DNA of 63,686 bases, counting the filler, from Octopus bimaculoides (Eukaryota), in NCBI RefSeq assembly GCF_001194135.2. It is 6 parts of 6 records of this genome, joined end to end, with 100 filler letters (N's around TTAATTAATTAA, not from the genome) between each part and the next. Parts side by side here need not be neighbours in the genome. Positions count along the whole stretch, not along the records: positions 1 to 11,039 come from NC_068982.1; positions 11,140 to 20,225 come from NC_068986.1; 4 more parts are not named here. One strand, written 5' to 3'. Each line of letters opens with the position of its first letter. Within the stretch, counting starts at the first letter, position 1. Below, in pieces: positions 1 to 12,250 of the stretch. Under the pieces are notes generated by a model. The model did not search any database, was not told the DNA's origin, and was given only the letters and a program-made list of their open reading frames with translations. A program made the translations under genes and the position numbers.

Positions 1-214
1 AAAAAAATATTCAGACAAATACATAACAAAAACACCAGGACTTACAAATATATATAACATACAGAAAATTGCACTACTGGGCACTGCACACATCCAAGCA
101 AAACACTTTCAATACAGTAACCATAAGAGCATCACAGCAAACCACAGCACATACCCAAGGCACACAGAGCCGCGCTCGGTAGTGAAGTGAAAGCACGTTA
201 TAAAAATAAAACTA

Positions 215-246
<32 letters not shown>
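1..246 (+). mobile_element. 3' end of restriction-like-endonuclease (RLE) non-LTR retrotransposon with (TAA)n tail
   Basis: Frame from nt 2 reads KKYSDKYITKTPGLTNIYNIQKIALLGTAHI, then a frameshift to (R)KTLSIQ*. This is the typical RLE ORF C-terminus. A short UTR and (AAT)n follow at ~219-246. Confidence 0.75.
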
Positions 247-247
<1 letters not shown>

Positions 248-248
<1 letters not shown>

Positions 249-730
249 TCTCGGTATAAAAAAATGGTCTAAGGCAAATGTTCTGCTCAATACCATAGAT
301 TTGCTTGTCAATTGCTTGACCTTAACCATTTGAGCATGTCCCTTGTTGGCTGACGAAATGTGCATCTCTGATCACGAGCATAAGTAGTAGGGGGGCATCA
401 TAGCAATTCTTTGGGGTTTGGATACTTCACCTCTGGAAACATGGGTGTTTCGTTCAACATCCTTAAACAACCCTTATTCAGGGACCTTTTGTGCGGGATG
501 GGCTACTCGACCTGAAGAAAATTCTAACTGGGCCCCATCTGCGAGGTCATGCGCTATTTATCTTGATATAAGATCACCATGTCACGCACATATAGTTGTG
601 ATGGATGTGCCTAGTGTACCCTTATCAGACGGATAGTCATGATGGGTATACTGGGCTTCGTATATTTTATCCCAGTGTCATTTTGATGGCATACACTGCT
701 CTCTCACTCAATAAATGATAATAATAATTA
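248..730 (+). mobile_element. 5'-truncated retroelement 3' UTR / non-coding retroposon ending in AATAAA-(TAA)n
   Basis: Homologous along its whole length to the reverse complement of 28018-28500. Both copies share the same 3' end and TAA tail. Confidence 0.75.
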
Positions 731-762
731 ATTCCTACTAAATGTATTGACTGCTTTTTCTT

Positions 763-1033
<271 letters not shown>

Positions 1034-1150
1034 CAGGGTGTCCACAAANNNNNNNNNNAAAAACATAACATAAACAATTAAATATAAGAAACAATAAATA
1101 ATTTCTTAAAGTATGTGTTAATCCCCATGTACCCAGACTTTGTGGACACC

Positions 1151-1153
<3 letters not shown>
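1034..1153. mobile_element. Tiny Tc1/mariner-type MITE
   Basis: Perfect TIRs CAGGGTGTCCACAAA / TTTGTGGACACCCTG flanked by TA on both sides. Contains a 10-N gap. Confidence 0.75.
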
Positions 1154-1187
<34 letters not shown>

Positions 1188-1309
1188 TGCATATATTCAT
1201 TTAAGCACTCTTAAGACAGTCTTAGGACCAGTTCATTTCATTGTCTGCCGATATTCTACGGTATTTGATACATTATCTAGAAGAAAATTATTATTAGCTT
1301 TGTATGTAA

Positions 1310-1520
1310 CCGGGAAGTGTGTTGTTTTCTTGCGCAAAAGACTTCATTTCACGTTGCTCTACTATGACTTCGACATCTGATGTGTAACACACAGAGTCCC
1401 TATACATGTCATACAGGCAATATTGATTTGCTTGAGGGAGTGAGCTAATGTACAGGACAAACATTTGATCACTCTAAAAAATCATTTATGTAGGTTATTC
1501 AGCAAGAAATTGCGGAATTT
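1310..1520 (+). mobile_element. Diverged SINE body
   Basis: GTGTTGTTTTCTTGCGCAAAAGACTTCATTTCACGTTGCTC resembles the core of the SINEs at 19160-19378 and 19455-19650. Confidence 0.45.
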
Positions 1521-1814
1521 CCACCAGTTATTTTACTTCAGGAGAGTCCACTATGTACCAAATAACGTTGGGGTCCTGAAGTTAACTACTTCACTCTGGA
1601 CGCTACAGCGTAGCTCAATTGTACAAACAAAATGAGAAAGAATGGTAATGTTGAACTACAAAAAAGTTTGATGCGTAAAATAAAATTCTAAGGAGAAAAT
1701 TAGATAGTTTATATGGAAATAATGGAATAGGATTTCGAAGCATAAATTAAGAGTCAAAGCATGAAAATATTGATTTCTAACATTTGCGTAAGGCCAAATA
1801 TTTGTTGCGAATCG

Positions 1815-1975
1815 ATAGAGCCGATTAAATCGATCCCAGAGTTTGTTAATGGTTTTCATTTTATCTGACTTGAAGAGATGAAAGGCCAAGTCAAACCCGA
1901 CGGGATTTTAACTGAGAACGCAAAGGGAGGTAACTAAATATAGTAAGGGATTTAGTCTGGCATTCTACCACTTCT
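1815..1975 (-). mobile_element. Diverged Meta-like SINE
   Basis: Reverse complement matches the head and core (CTTTCATC...GATAAAAT) of the copy at 21980-22195. Confidence 0.55.
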
Positions 1976-2764
1976 GTTGATCATCCTCATGAAGCATAAC
2001 ATTGGAACCACTCCAAGAGCTGCACCAAGTACTGCACCTCATTAGAATTACTCACTAGTTTGTGTCGTTCTAACCTTCTACATTTCCCTTGATTTACTAC
2101 AAATCATTATTACAATAAATATCTCAACAGTCTCACAAATATCATAAGTTCATCCATCCATACATATCTCTCTCTATATATATGCATATATATATGTGTT
2201 TGTGTGTGTGTGTGTGTCTGTCTGTCTGTGTGTGTATATATGTATATGTGTGTGTTTGTGTGTATGCACACACACGCACTTGCACCCCTACATATATATG
2301 AATATATACATAAACGTGCATATACACATACATATATATTTACTTGTTTGTGTTTTTTTGAATGTTTACAGCGCTACAAAAGTCAACTAACTCTATACAG
2401 ATTGCTTTCTAACACGTGTGCTTGAAAAGCTGAAAGCATGGAAAAGCATTTAACATACTGCAAAAACTTCCTTCCAAAAGTTTGTACTATTCTGGTTTGT
2501 ATTTTAAAGATTTTATAAATACAGTACTTTTTAGATCTAAGAGAATTTTTCTTCATATATATATGTAACTAGCACGTTCACTATCTTTAAGCTGGTAATC
2601 CGAGTCTATTTTCTATTTAATTATCTGTTGTTTTTAGTTAGTATGTATGTACGAATGTATGCATGTATGTATGTTCCTTTTTAATTATTTGAAAGCTTCC
2701 TCTGAAGAAAAAGTTGGTTTTTAACAAATATACAATGGGCCATTGGAACAGAAATAAAAACAAA

Positions 2765-3326
2765 GTCACACTTTGACCCTGAGAAATGTTATGCATACTT
2801 TATTTATTCCACTTACAGATTGTAATTGTAATGTGCTAATCAAATGCGTGATTCTTTTTCTTAGAAAACCCTAGCTTTTCCAGATTTATTCAGAAAACAA
2901 AGTGCACCGATTATTGTTATAAATACATATTTATAATCTGGATACAGAAGCTGAAGGTTTCGAAGCCGTTCTCCGTAGTTTTTGTCTTTCTCTTTGATTT
3001 TCGAAGCGATAGTCATATCAGCTGCGCAGCTAAACTCTATGACGGTGCACACTTTTTCTTGTCTGTTCCAAACAACAATATCAGGCCTGTTATGTTTACA
3101 CTTGAGGAAAGTTTCGGAGACAACGTTTTACCGATATCCTTGGTGTTGATGTTTGCGTATGTATTCAATAATAGGAGGCTTTCTCTGCATTTATTCCAGG
3201 ACAGTCTTTTTTCCAGACGGGATTGTATATTGTTTTTGTGACAACAACATGTTGTATAGCGATGTAGTACCTTGATGACACTTTTGGGCAGCTGCTACTC
3301 ATATGTGTGATGTCTTCCGTAGAAAT
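2765..3326 (-). mobile_element. RLE non-LTR retrotransposon 3' fragment (subfamily B)
   Basis: Minus strand reads EDITHMSSSCPK..RYY (second half of the CCHC knuckle), then (R)PDIVVWN..CTVIEFSCAADMTIASKIKEKDKNYGERLRNLQLLYPDYKY (PD..E..K RLE motif), with stops and frameshifts. Confidence 0.85.
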
Positions 3327-3563
3327 ATGTATGTATGTATGTGTTTTGGTGTGTGCATACGTGTGTGAGTGTGTGTGTGTATGTATGTATGTATGTGTGT
3401 GTGTATGTATGTATGTATGTATGTATGTATGTATGAATGTATGTATGTATGTATGTATGTGTGTGCTTGTGTGCGTGCGTGTGTGTCTATATATGTATGT
3501 ATGCATGTATGTGTATAGGTGTGTGCGCACGTGTGTGAGTGTGTGTATGTATGTATGCATGTT

Positions 3564-3611
<48 letters not shown>
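3327..3611. repeat. (TATG)n/(TG)n compound microsatellite
   Basis: Directly visible. Separates two co-oriented RLE fragments. Confidence 0.95.
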
Positions 3612-3614
<3 letters not shown>

Positions 3615-4637
3615 CATTACTCGGATTTCTTGCCAATAGGGAAAGAACCGGTTTCTAACTTAGATCCAAGTTTCTTTCATTGAAATTTCAACATCAACAG
3701 CGTATTTTTGTATGCAATTATGTATATGTGCCGATATGTGTGTTTTATTTTGTGCATATATTCTAATGAATATAGTTACATGCCTAGACATGCTCATATA
3801 TACCTAAATGATAAAATTCTGGAAAGTTTCACAGATTTTTACAGTTCCAATGACGGCTCAGATTTGTAGTCTTTGAATCAGCTTTCTCCTTTCTGCTTTT
3901 GAGAGCTTAATTTCTCAAGATTGGTATTTAGGCAGTGTATTACACAACGCATTGCCCCAATAATTACAGGTATAAACCCGAACTTGTAATCTGGATAGAG
4001 TAGCTGTGGATTCCTCAATAATTCAGCGTATTTTCTTTTTCACTGATCTTTAGCATTATGATAGCTTCTGGTGGGCAGCTGATTTCCACAACTCTGCACA
4101 GTTTCTCGTCTTTATCCCATATCACTGTCAGGTCTGTTATTCTTACATTTTATTGAGGTTTTCAATGGAACATTCCTTTTTATTACGAATACTCCTTTTT
4201 GTTACGCGTAGTCCTTTTTATTACGCGTAGCTATGGCATCTACCATACTGTTAGTTCTTATTTCTTTGGACCCGAGTTTATCCTTCTGACGGATATCCTC
4301 ATACAGTGTCCTAGAAACAACATTCTGTCTCATCGGTAGATAATTTTAGGGCAACTGTGTATGATGTGGGTGATATCTTCAGTGTGAACTTCCAGCATAG
4401 ATTGTCATATTTTGTTGCTTTTCTTGCGTCTCTATCCCTTTCGTGCATCGGGTACTTGGTTGATATTTCCTGTTCCTGGATTGCAAACGCATACCTTTCA
4501 AAGTGGGAGTTAGTAATCCGGTTCTTGGTCCGTGATAGGCTGCTTTGATGATCAATGTTACTATCATCCCAGAGATTTCTACTAACATTTCCATGCAGCG
4601 TCTTCAGCTGATATACGCTGATGATACGTTGTGGTGG

Positions 4638-4641
<4 letters not shown>
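3612..4641 (-). mobile_element. RLE non-LTR retrotransposon 3' fragment with 3' UTR (subfamily A)
   Basis: Minus strand LHGNVSRNLWDDSNIDHQSSL..SHFERYAFAIQEQEISTKY, then knuckle region, RLE motif, YPDYKFGFIPVIIGA and UTR. Homologous to 32600-33375. Confidence 0.85.
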
Positions 4642-4668
<27 letters not shown>

Positions 4669-5435
4669 ANNNNNNNNNNCATACGTTCATATATATATAT
4701 TATATACAACAAAAAACTAACAGGAAAACAATGGCCAGAAAACACCAAAAAATAATCAACAGCTGCAGCAATATGAGCCGTACTAATAACTTCATAAATA
4801 CTGTATATATTAATTCGTGATGCCCAACGCGTCTTAATAAATGCTGTCCAAATCAGTTTACAAATGTTGTAAAAGATGTTCGTGTTATACAGTAGTTGGT
4901 CACCAAGATGTGATCGATACCAGCTCTGCTGATGATGCTATCGAAAGTCTTGATGGTTTGAGGTCGGTCTTAGTTTATTGGAAAAAATCATTTGTTGGAC
5001 CTAATATGGATACATCTTTTACAGATACAGAGATCTCAGATTCTGTGTGTGCCATCTTTATTGAAAGTAACATTTCCTCCATTGGATTACAATCATTATA
5101 ATATCGGGTGACGAGACATCGATACACCGATACCTTGGTCAATAAGAAACCGTCTTCATGGCAATCTTATGAGCAATATATTCTGAAACGATCGTCTGTG
5201 TATGATAAAAAAACAGTCTATATAAATCTAGTAAAAAAATAAAATAAAATTTTAACCACGAAATAAGACTTCTAAACTTGAGGTGAATTAGCAAAACTGT
5301 TATAATTTTTCACATTATAATTTCAATCAGTAATTTCATTCATTTTTTATAGACTTTATTTATACCACAGTTAATTACAGATTGGCATAATATTATGATG
5401 GCAGTATATAATGTAATATTCATGAATTTCTCTCT

Positions 5436-5960
5436 TTAGGTGCCATGTCCAGAATGAAGGTGATAGGCGACCATGTTCTGTCATAATTATCTGTTCTTTG
5501 AATTCTGTAACAATTCCACTTCCTGATGTTTAATGTTTCTTTCTTCCAACCAGTTTGTCAAGCTTGACATCCACATCATCCTTCTCCTTCCTCTGCTTTT
5601 CCCCCTTTCAATCCTTCTGGTCATCGTTAAATTCTCCGGGCCCTCTTTCGTCATTACATGACCAATTAATTTCAGTTTCTTGGCCGTTTTCTCACGAAAC
5701 AGTTCCCTATTTATCACAGCCCGGGTCATCACTTTTTCATTAGACACTCTGTTCATGCTATTCTCAATATTCTCCTTAAGAGCCACATTTCACAGCTCTC
5801 CAAGCACCTTCTCATTTCTAATATTAAAGACCATGCTATACTTCCATACATAGGGTAGGCATAAGAGTTCAATATACGGATCTTGATATCGATACTTAGA
5901 GTACGGTTTCTCAAGATGTTATACAATTTTGCGAATGCAGATTTTGCGTTAGAAGTAATG
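5436..5960 (-). mobile_element. RTE-clade LINE 3' fragment
   Basis: AKSAFAKLYNILRNRTLSIDIKIRILNSY..YGSIAW..CEMWLLRRILRI and IGHVM..IERGKSRGRRRMMW, the post-RT region of RTE ORFs. Confidence 0.85.
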
Positions 5961-6500
5961 AGAAATACCTTAGTAGAAACAGCCCAGGAAATCCTGCCGA
6001 AGGAAAAAAAAGAAGTAATTGGTAACTGAGGAGATCCTTTCAATGACGAATAAAAGACAGAAGATCAGGAACAGGAAATCCAACGAGTATTGGGATTTGG
6101 ATTGACTGATTGAACGGATGCGTAGGGAAGTTAAAAAGACTCGCCTGAATGAATAGGGTGATGTAATTGAAAGGCAATTTTCTGTAGGATACAAAGTACA
6201 TCAGAAGATAAATGAGACCTCTGGCAGAAAGTTAGGATTCCAAACTCAGAGTGTATCAGAGCAAAGAATTGCCTTTCAATTACATCACACTATTCATTCA
6301 GGCGAGTCTTTTTAGCTTCCCTACGCATCCGTTCAATCAGTCATGCTGGTTGAGGAGATTGACAGTTTGAATAGATGGACAGAGTATATCAGACAGAGTG
6401 TAGATGCACAGAGTATATAATGCGAAAGCAACATTGCCTAGTTTACTTGACTCAAATGAGGGTCCAAAGATCCTGCCATCTGTCATAATGTATTTACCAG
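5960..6500 (+). mobile_element. RTE-clade LINE internal fragment (linker between endonuclease and RT), inverted relative to 5436-5960
   Basis: VETAQEILPKE..VTEEILSMTNKRQK..LNRWTEYI..EGPKILPS matches the RTE linker. Confidence 0.7.
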
Positions 6501-7027
6501 CATTCGAAAAGTATTTGGTTTTCATCAAGAGTTGAACTGTGGTTAATTATACATCGAGGTGTATCTCATAAGGCCGAAACGTGCTTGGAGTTATTTCCCC
6601 TGCTTGTGAAAATGATTTAAAAATTATTAGACATTGAGCTATTATTCTTCTCTTCCGTTTTCTTCCATATTCTAATTAGATTGTTGATGCCCATTACATT
6701 CAATATGTTCACCTCTGCTTATCTGTTAAGTTTCATGTAGATGGTGCTTGTGAGTAATTAACATCAATATTTTTTTTAAGCTAATTTGTAATTTGCTATG
6801 CTTATTCAGGCAACTAGAAAGTAATCCGAAATAGCAAATTTCATACTACAATTTCGGCAAGCATGGTAAAGTTCATGCTTTGCTGAGAAAGTTCAATAAG
6901 ACCAAAACATATTAGTTCTCGCCCGGAGTAAATAAAACCGTCAAAATAATATTGGTCACCCAGCTAAATATCATCGCTGTATGATGTGTTCTTATGTTCC
7001 ACAGTAAATATTTTCATCTCTGTACTA

Positions 7028-8304
7028 TCAGGCTGAGTAAAAAGTAAGCAACGTTTTGAAACATGAAATTCATCACACTATATTTCAACAAGGCGGAAAT
7101 TTTATTCATCAAAGTAAGTACCATTACAATCAACACATTTTTTTCCAACGAGTTACAAGTTTGTTTATTCCGGTAACATAAAAATCTGGAGTTCTGGAAC
7201 TGATGAACGCTTTGAACGCACTTACAGTATCGGTTTGATTTTTGAACTCCTTCTCTCGCAGGAAACCACCAAGGTGCTTGAAAAAGTGGTCGTCTGTAGG
7301 AGAAAGGTCTGGAGATAAAACTGGGTGGGGAATAATTTCGTAGCCAAGTTCCCTCAACTTCTGGAGCGTCAGTAGTGAAACGTGTAGTCGTGCATTGTCA
7401 TGAAGAATGACTGGCTCTCTTCTGTTGACCAGTCTGGGACGGAGGAATAGCAGTTTTTCGTTCATTTTGGCAATTTCATGGCAATATGTTTCTGCAGTAA
7501 TGATTTTTCCGGGTTTTAAGAAGTTATAGTGGAGGAGCTCAGCAGTACACCACTAAACAGTCACCATAACCTTCTTTTTGAAGAGTTCGAGTTTAGGGAA
7601 GGTTTTCAGTATTTCATTTTGGTCGAACCACTGCGAAGAACGTTTTTTATTATTGTACAGAATCCACTTTTCATCGCAAGTTTCTACACTACGGTCGAGA
7701 AATGGAATGGATCGGTCTGGTTATGGAGAAGAAGCGACGAGCAAACTTCATATCTGTACATTTTCTGATTTACATTCAAATTGTGTGGTACTCATTAGTC
7801 GAGCTTTTTGATTTTCCGATCGCATGCAACTGGTTGCAGGCAGTTTTCTGGTTAACTTGAAGTTCTTTTGCCAGTTCTCGAGTGGTTTTACGTGGATCTT
7901 TAATTGACCGACATCAATGACAGATGGGGGTCAACTACGCTCACGATCTTCAAGGCTCAAATCCCCACTGCGAAATCGTTTAAACCATTTTCAAGCTGAC
8001 CACTCACTGGTCATTTCCTCGCCAAAAGTTTCGTTGATATCGCGAGCAGTTTCAGTTGCTTTAAGTTTTTTTTTGAAGTTGAATAGCGAAATTGCTCGAA
8101 TATCGCGCTTTGATAGTTCCATTTCAGATGACTGAAACAACGGTGAAAAAAAAAAAATCAATGTTAATTTATTGGTGCATTTGGGCAAGTCTATGTCTGT
8201 ATTTTCAGACAACTTTAAAAAAATTTTAAAAATTCAAAACTCTACAAAAATTCGGTGCAAATTCTTCATGGTTCAAAACGTTGCTTACTTTTTACTCAAC
8301 CTGA
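7028..8304 (-). mobile_element. Full-length (1277 bp) mariner DNA transposon
   Basis: TIRs TCAGGYTGAGTAAAAAGTAAGCAACGTTTTGAA at both ends, TA target duplications at 7026-7027 and 8305-8306, internal transposase pseudogene. Confidence 0.95.
7102..8122 (-). pseudogene. Mariner D,D34D transposase pseudogene (Hsmar1/cecropia-like)
   Basis: MELSKRDIRAI..KATETARDINETFG HTH, TCDEKW, HDNARLH, SPDLSPTD (34 residues between the 2nd and 3rd Asp), ends GTYFDE*. Interrupted by stops and frameshifts. Confidence 0.92.
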
Positions 8305-8779
8305 TAAATATTTTAACCTCTGTTTAACTCAGTTGTTTTTTAATCCTTTATTAATGTTTATTTAAATATGAAGGAGAGATGGAAAAGAAAATGGTAATTA
8401 AAGATATATACTTATATTTCCTGAAAGAGTAAAATATTCTTTACTTTTGTCTCAAAAATTGGTAAGAACTTATAAAGGTCTTAACAGAAATTTTAGAAAT
8501 AACCCCACTCCTCCTTCACTGACTATGAACCGTACATGATGAATGTAAATAATTAAAATATTTAGCCTCTGTATCTGGTTTCAATCTCCCCCTCTCTCTA
8601 CATATGGACATGCAACTAAATACATAAACATAACCATATACGCTTTTAGACAAGTCAGAGTGGGTGAAAAGTCATCAAAAGGAGCGGCTGCACATTGTGC
8701 AAACTCTAGAATAACAGGATATTGGACAAGCCCTAGTAGAAAACTGCACTTTTTGGATCTTTATACGAACATAGTCTCT

Positions 8780-9015
8780 TTTATCCCTTTTCTGCTTATT
8801 TTTCTTTCATTTTTAGCTTCTCTCCCCACCCCATTTCCATTTCACTCTCGCACGCTTCATTTACTTTTCTTCTATACTTCTCTTTTGATGAAGTTCTAGC
8901 GTTCGAAACGTTAAGGTCATTTCCTTTCCTTTCTAAGCGTTAAACTCATACAATACTTGTTCATAACTGTCCATCCTGCGTTGTCTTTATCCTTGTCTTT
9001 GTTCATAGACTTTAC
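8780..9015 (+). mobile_element. Pyrimidine-rich non-coding repeat with hammerhead-relic motif (Penelope-like-derived, tentative)
   Basis: TTGATGAAG..CGAAACGTTAAGG followed by a tail homologous to 44660-44810 and, on the minus strand, 49320-49500. Confidence 0.45.
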
Positions 9016-9077
9016 AATATACGTACATGCATACATGCACACACGCAGACAAGCACGCACGCACGCACGCACGCTCG

Positions 9078-9114
<37 letters not shown>

Positions 9115-10226
9115 GTGTAAAGCTATGTGAAATGATTATGAAATTTTAACAGTTGAAAAATCAAAGTGTTGGTGAAATTTAAGAAAATGCGATTCTGATA
9201 TAAATACAATACACTTAGCTATCGACAACGCATATATTAAATATATATTATGTGTAACAATGTTAGAGATCTTAATACATTAAAATGGACAATATTTTTT
9301 TTTAAACTAAAAGTATGCTAAATTCGAAGAACCTAAGAGATCGTGTTTCTTATTCAAAAATTTCTTGTGAAGAAAATGTACATATGAGATATGAGCTCAA
9401 TACATACAATATTTAAAAATCTGGATGACAGTCGTGTCTGAAAAGACTTGAATTTTATAAATTGAAGAATTTTGTAAATTGAATAATTTTGTAGTCCACC
9501 TACTATTACCGATATATTTCCTGCCAAGGATTCTAGAAAATTGAAACAAAATGACGAGATAAAGAATACATATATACGCACATTCGCACATACATATACA
9601 TTTATATACACATAAAAAGTATACGCACACGTATACATAAAGATACATACATATATTTACATAAATACAAGCATACATATGCATATANNNNNNNNNNNNN
9701 NNNNNNNNNNNNNNNNNNNNNNNNNNNNNNNNNNNNNNNNNNNNNNNNNNNNNNNNNNNNNNNNNNNNNNNNNNNNNNNNNNNNNNNNNNNNNNNNNNNN
9801 NNNNNNNNNNNNNNNNNNNNNNNNNNNNNNNNNNNNNNNNNNNNNNNNNNNNNNNNNNNNNNNNNNNNNNNNNNNNNNNNNNNNNNNNNNNNNNNNNNNN
9901 NNNNNNNNNNNNNNNNNNNNNNNNNNNNNNNNNNNNNNNNNNNNNNNNNNNNNNNNNNNNNNNNNNNNNNNNNNNNNNNNNNNNNNNNNNNNNNNNNNNN
10001 NNNNNNNNNNNNNNNNNNNNNNNNNNNNNNNNNNNNNNNNNNNNNNNNNNNNNNNNNNNNNNNNNNNNNNNNNNNNNNNNNNNNNNNNNNNNNNNNNNNN
10101 NNNNNNNNNNNNNNNNNNNNNNNNNNNNNNNNNNNNNNNNNNNNNNNNNNNNNNNNNNNNNNNNNNNNNNNNNNNNNNNNNNNNNNNNNNNNNNNNNNNN
10201 NNNNNNNNNNNNNNNNNNNNNNNNNN

Positions 10227-10640
<414 letters not shown>

Positions 10641-10994
10641 AACAAGAAGAAAACATTGCTATTTGGACTAAGAAAAAATCCACTATTCTCCTATAACACA
10701 AACACCTTGCTGGAACACTCACCTCCAGACCACCACACCTTACGAAACCAAACAAGACCGACCTCCCATACCATATCACGTCCAGAGACAGTGGCACCAT
10801 CTTACTAATAACAACGTCACTGACAAAGCAATGACGATGTCGACAACGTCTTGGAAGAATAAAATCAACAACAAAAAGAACAACAATATCACACTGGTAA
10901 GAGTATGTGTCTGTGAGTGTATGTGTATATGCGTGTATATATGTATGTGTGAGCATTGCATGTGTGTGAGTATATGAATAATATATGCATATAC

Positions 10995-11039
<45 letters not shown>

Positions 11040-11139
11040 NNNNNNNNNNNNNNNNNNNNNNNNNNNNNNNNNNNNNNNNNNNNTTAATTAATTAANNNNN
11101 NNNNNNNNNNNNNNNNNNNNNNNNNNNNNNNNNNNNNNN
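11040..11139. other. Assembly join spacer (44 N + TTAATTAATTAA + 44 N)
   Basis: Identical 100-bp structure occurs five times in the window. Confidence 0.95.
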
Positions 11140-11184
11140 AGGAGGAGGAGGAGGAGGAGGAGGAGGAGGAGGAGGTGGAGGAGG

Positions 11185-11615
11185 ACAAATATATAAAGAA
11201 TGCCCCTGTAACTGAATACGAACACAAACAGCAATACAAAGAATACTAGCAGTGCATTCCCATCAAAACATTTGTGTAAGCATAACGGACTGGATATTGT
11301 TGTTTGGAACAGACAGATAAAAGTATGTACCTCATAGAGGTCAGCCGTCCTGCTGAAATGATTATATCTTTGAATATCAAAGAGAAAGCGGATAGCAATG
11401 GACAACTGCTTCGAAACCTCCAACTTCTATTTCCAGATTAGACATTCATATTTACACTAATAGTAATTGGTATACATGGTTTTGTGAGTAAATGCCTAAC
11501 TCATAGTCTGGCCAAGCTTGGATTTTCAGAAAAAGAAGTCAACCGACCAGCCAACTCGCACATTACAAATGCAACCTGTAAGTAGAACAGTAAAAATATG
11601 CAAGACTTTTCTTAG
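11185..11615 (+). mobile_element. RLE non-LTR retrotransposon 3' fragment (subfamily B)
   Basis: DIVVWNRQIKVC..EVSRPAEMIISLNIKEKADSNGQLLRNLQLLFPD..TVKICKTFLRL. Preceded by (GGA)n. Confidence 0.8.
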
Positions 11616-12039
11616 GTTAAATAACAACAACAGCAATGTCCTTGTGTCTCTCTTCATTACCTTTTCTTATTCTTATTCTTCTTATATACCTCAGCATTTT
11701 GCCTAACATAGTTTCTTTTTTAACCAATCTACCCACCCCAGAACTGTTACCAACTCTCCACAGTTTAAAGTATCTCTCCATATCCGTCCAACCGCATCAA
11801 TTCATGCTCAATAATAAACGTGTCTCGTCTCAGCCCAATTACTCAGAAACAAAAAAAAATTGAACGTTGAATTTGTTTCTATCAGTTTTTCGTGGTGGGT
11901 TTTGTAGTCTTTTTATTTATTTTGGGGGGTTTTTTGTGCTATTCGACTAACGAATTTTTAAAGATGTATTTATTGTAGAGTATATATATTTGTTTGTGCA
12001 GACATTTTTGACGCTCCTTTTCGGTTATGAATGTCCGTG

Positions 12040-12041
12040 AT

Positions 12042-12072
<31 letters not shown>

Positions 12073-12190
12073 CACACGCACACACACATATATATACGTA
12101 CATCTACATACATATACATATACACTCATATATATGTAGATACGTATACATATATTACATGATATATATATCCATTTATATACGTATATA

Positions 12191-12250
<60 letters not shown>

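Noticed and set aside
4929-4950. CTGATGA..CGAAA hammerhead-like core
   Set aside because: No stem I complement or NUH site in register downstream.
6565-6584. CTCATAAGGCCGAAACGT hammerhead-like motif
   Set aside because: Catalytic G5 and G8 are absent and there is no stem I pairing.
7102-8122. SETMAR/Metnase gene call
   Set aside because: No SET domain, TIRs and TSD are present, and the ORF is broken. It is a plain mariner copy.
11084-11095. TTAATTAATTAA as a biological motif
   Set aside because: It always sits in an exact 44N-12-44N frame and has stops in all six frames, so it is an assembly linker.
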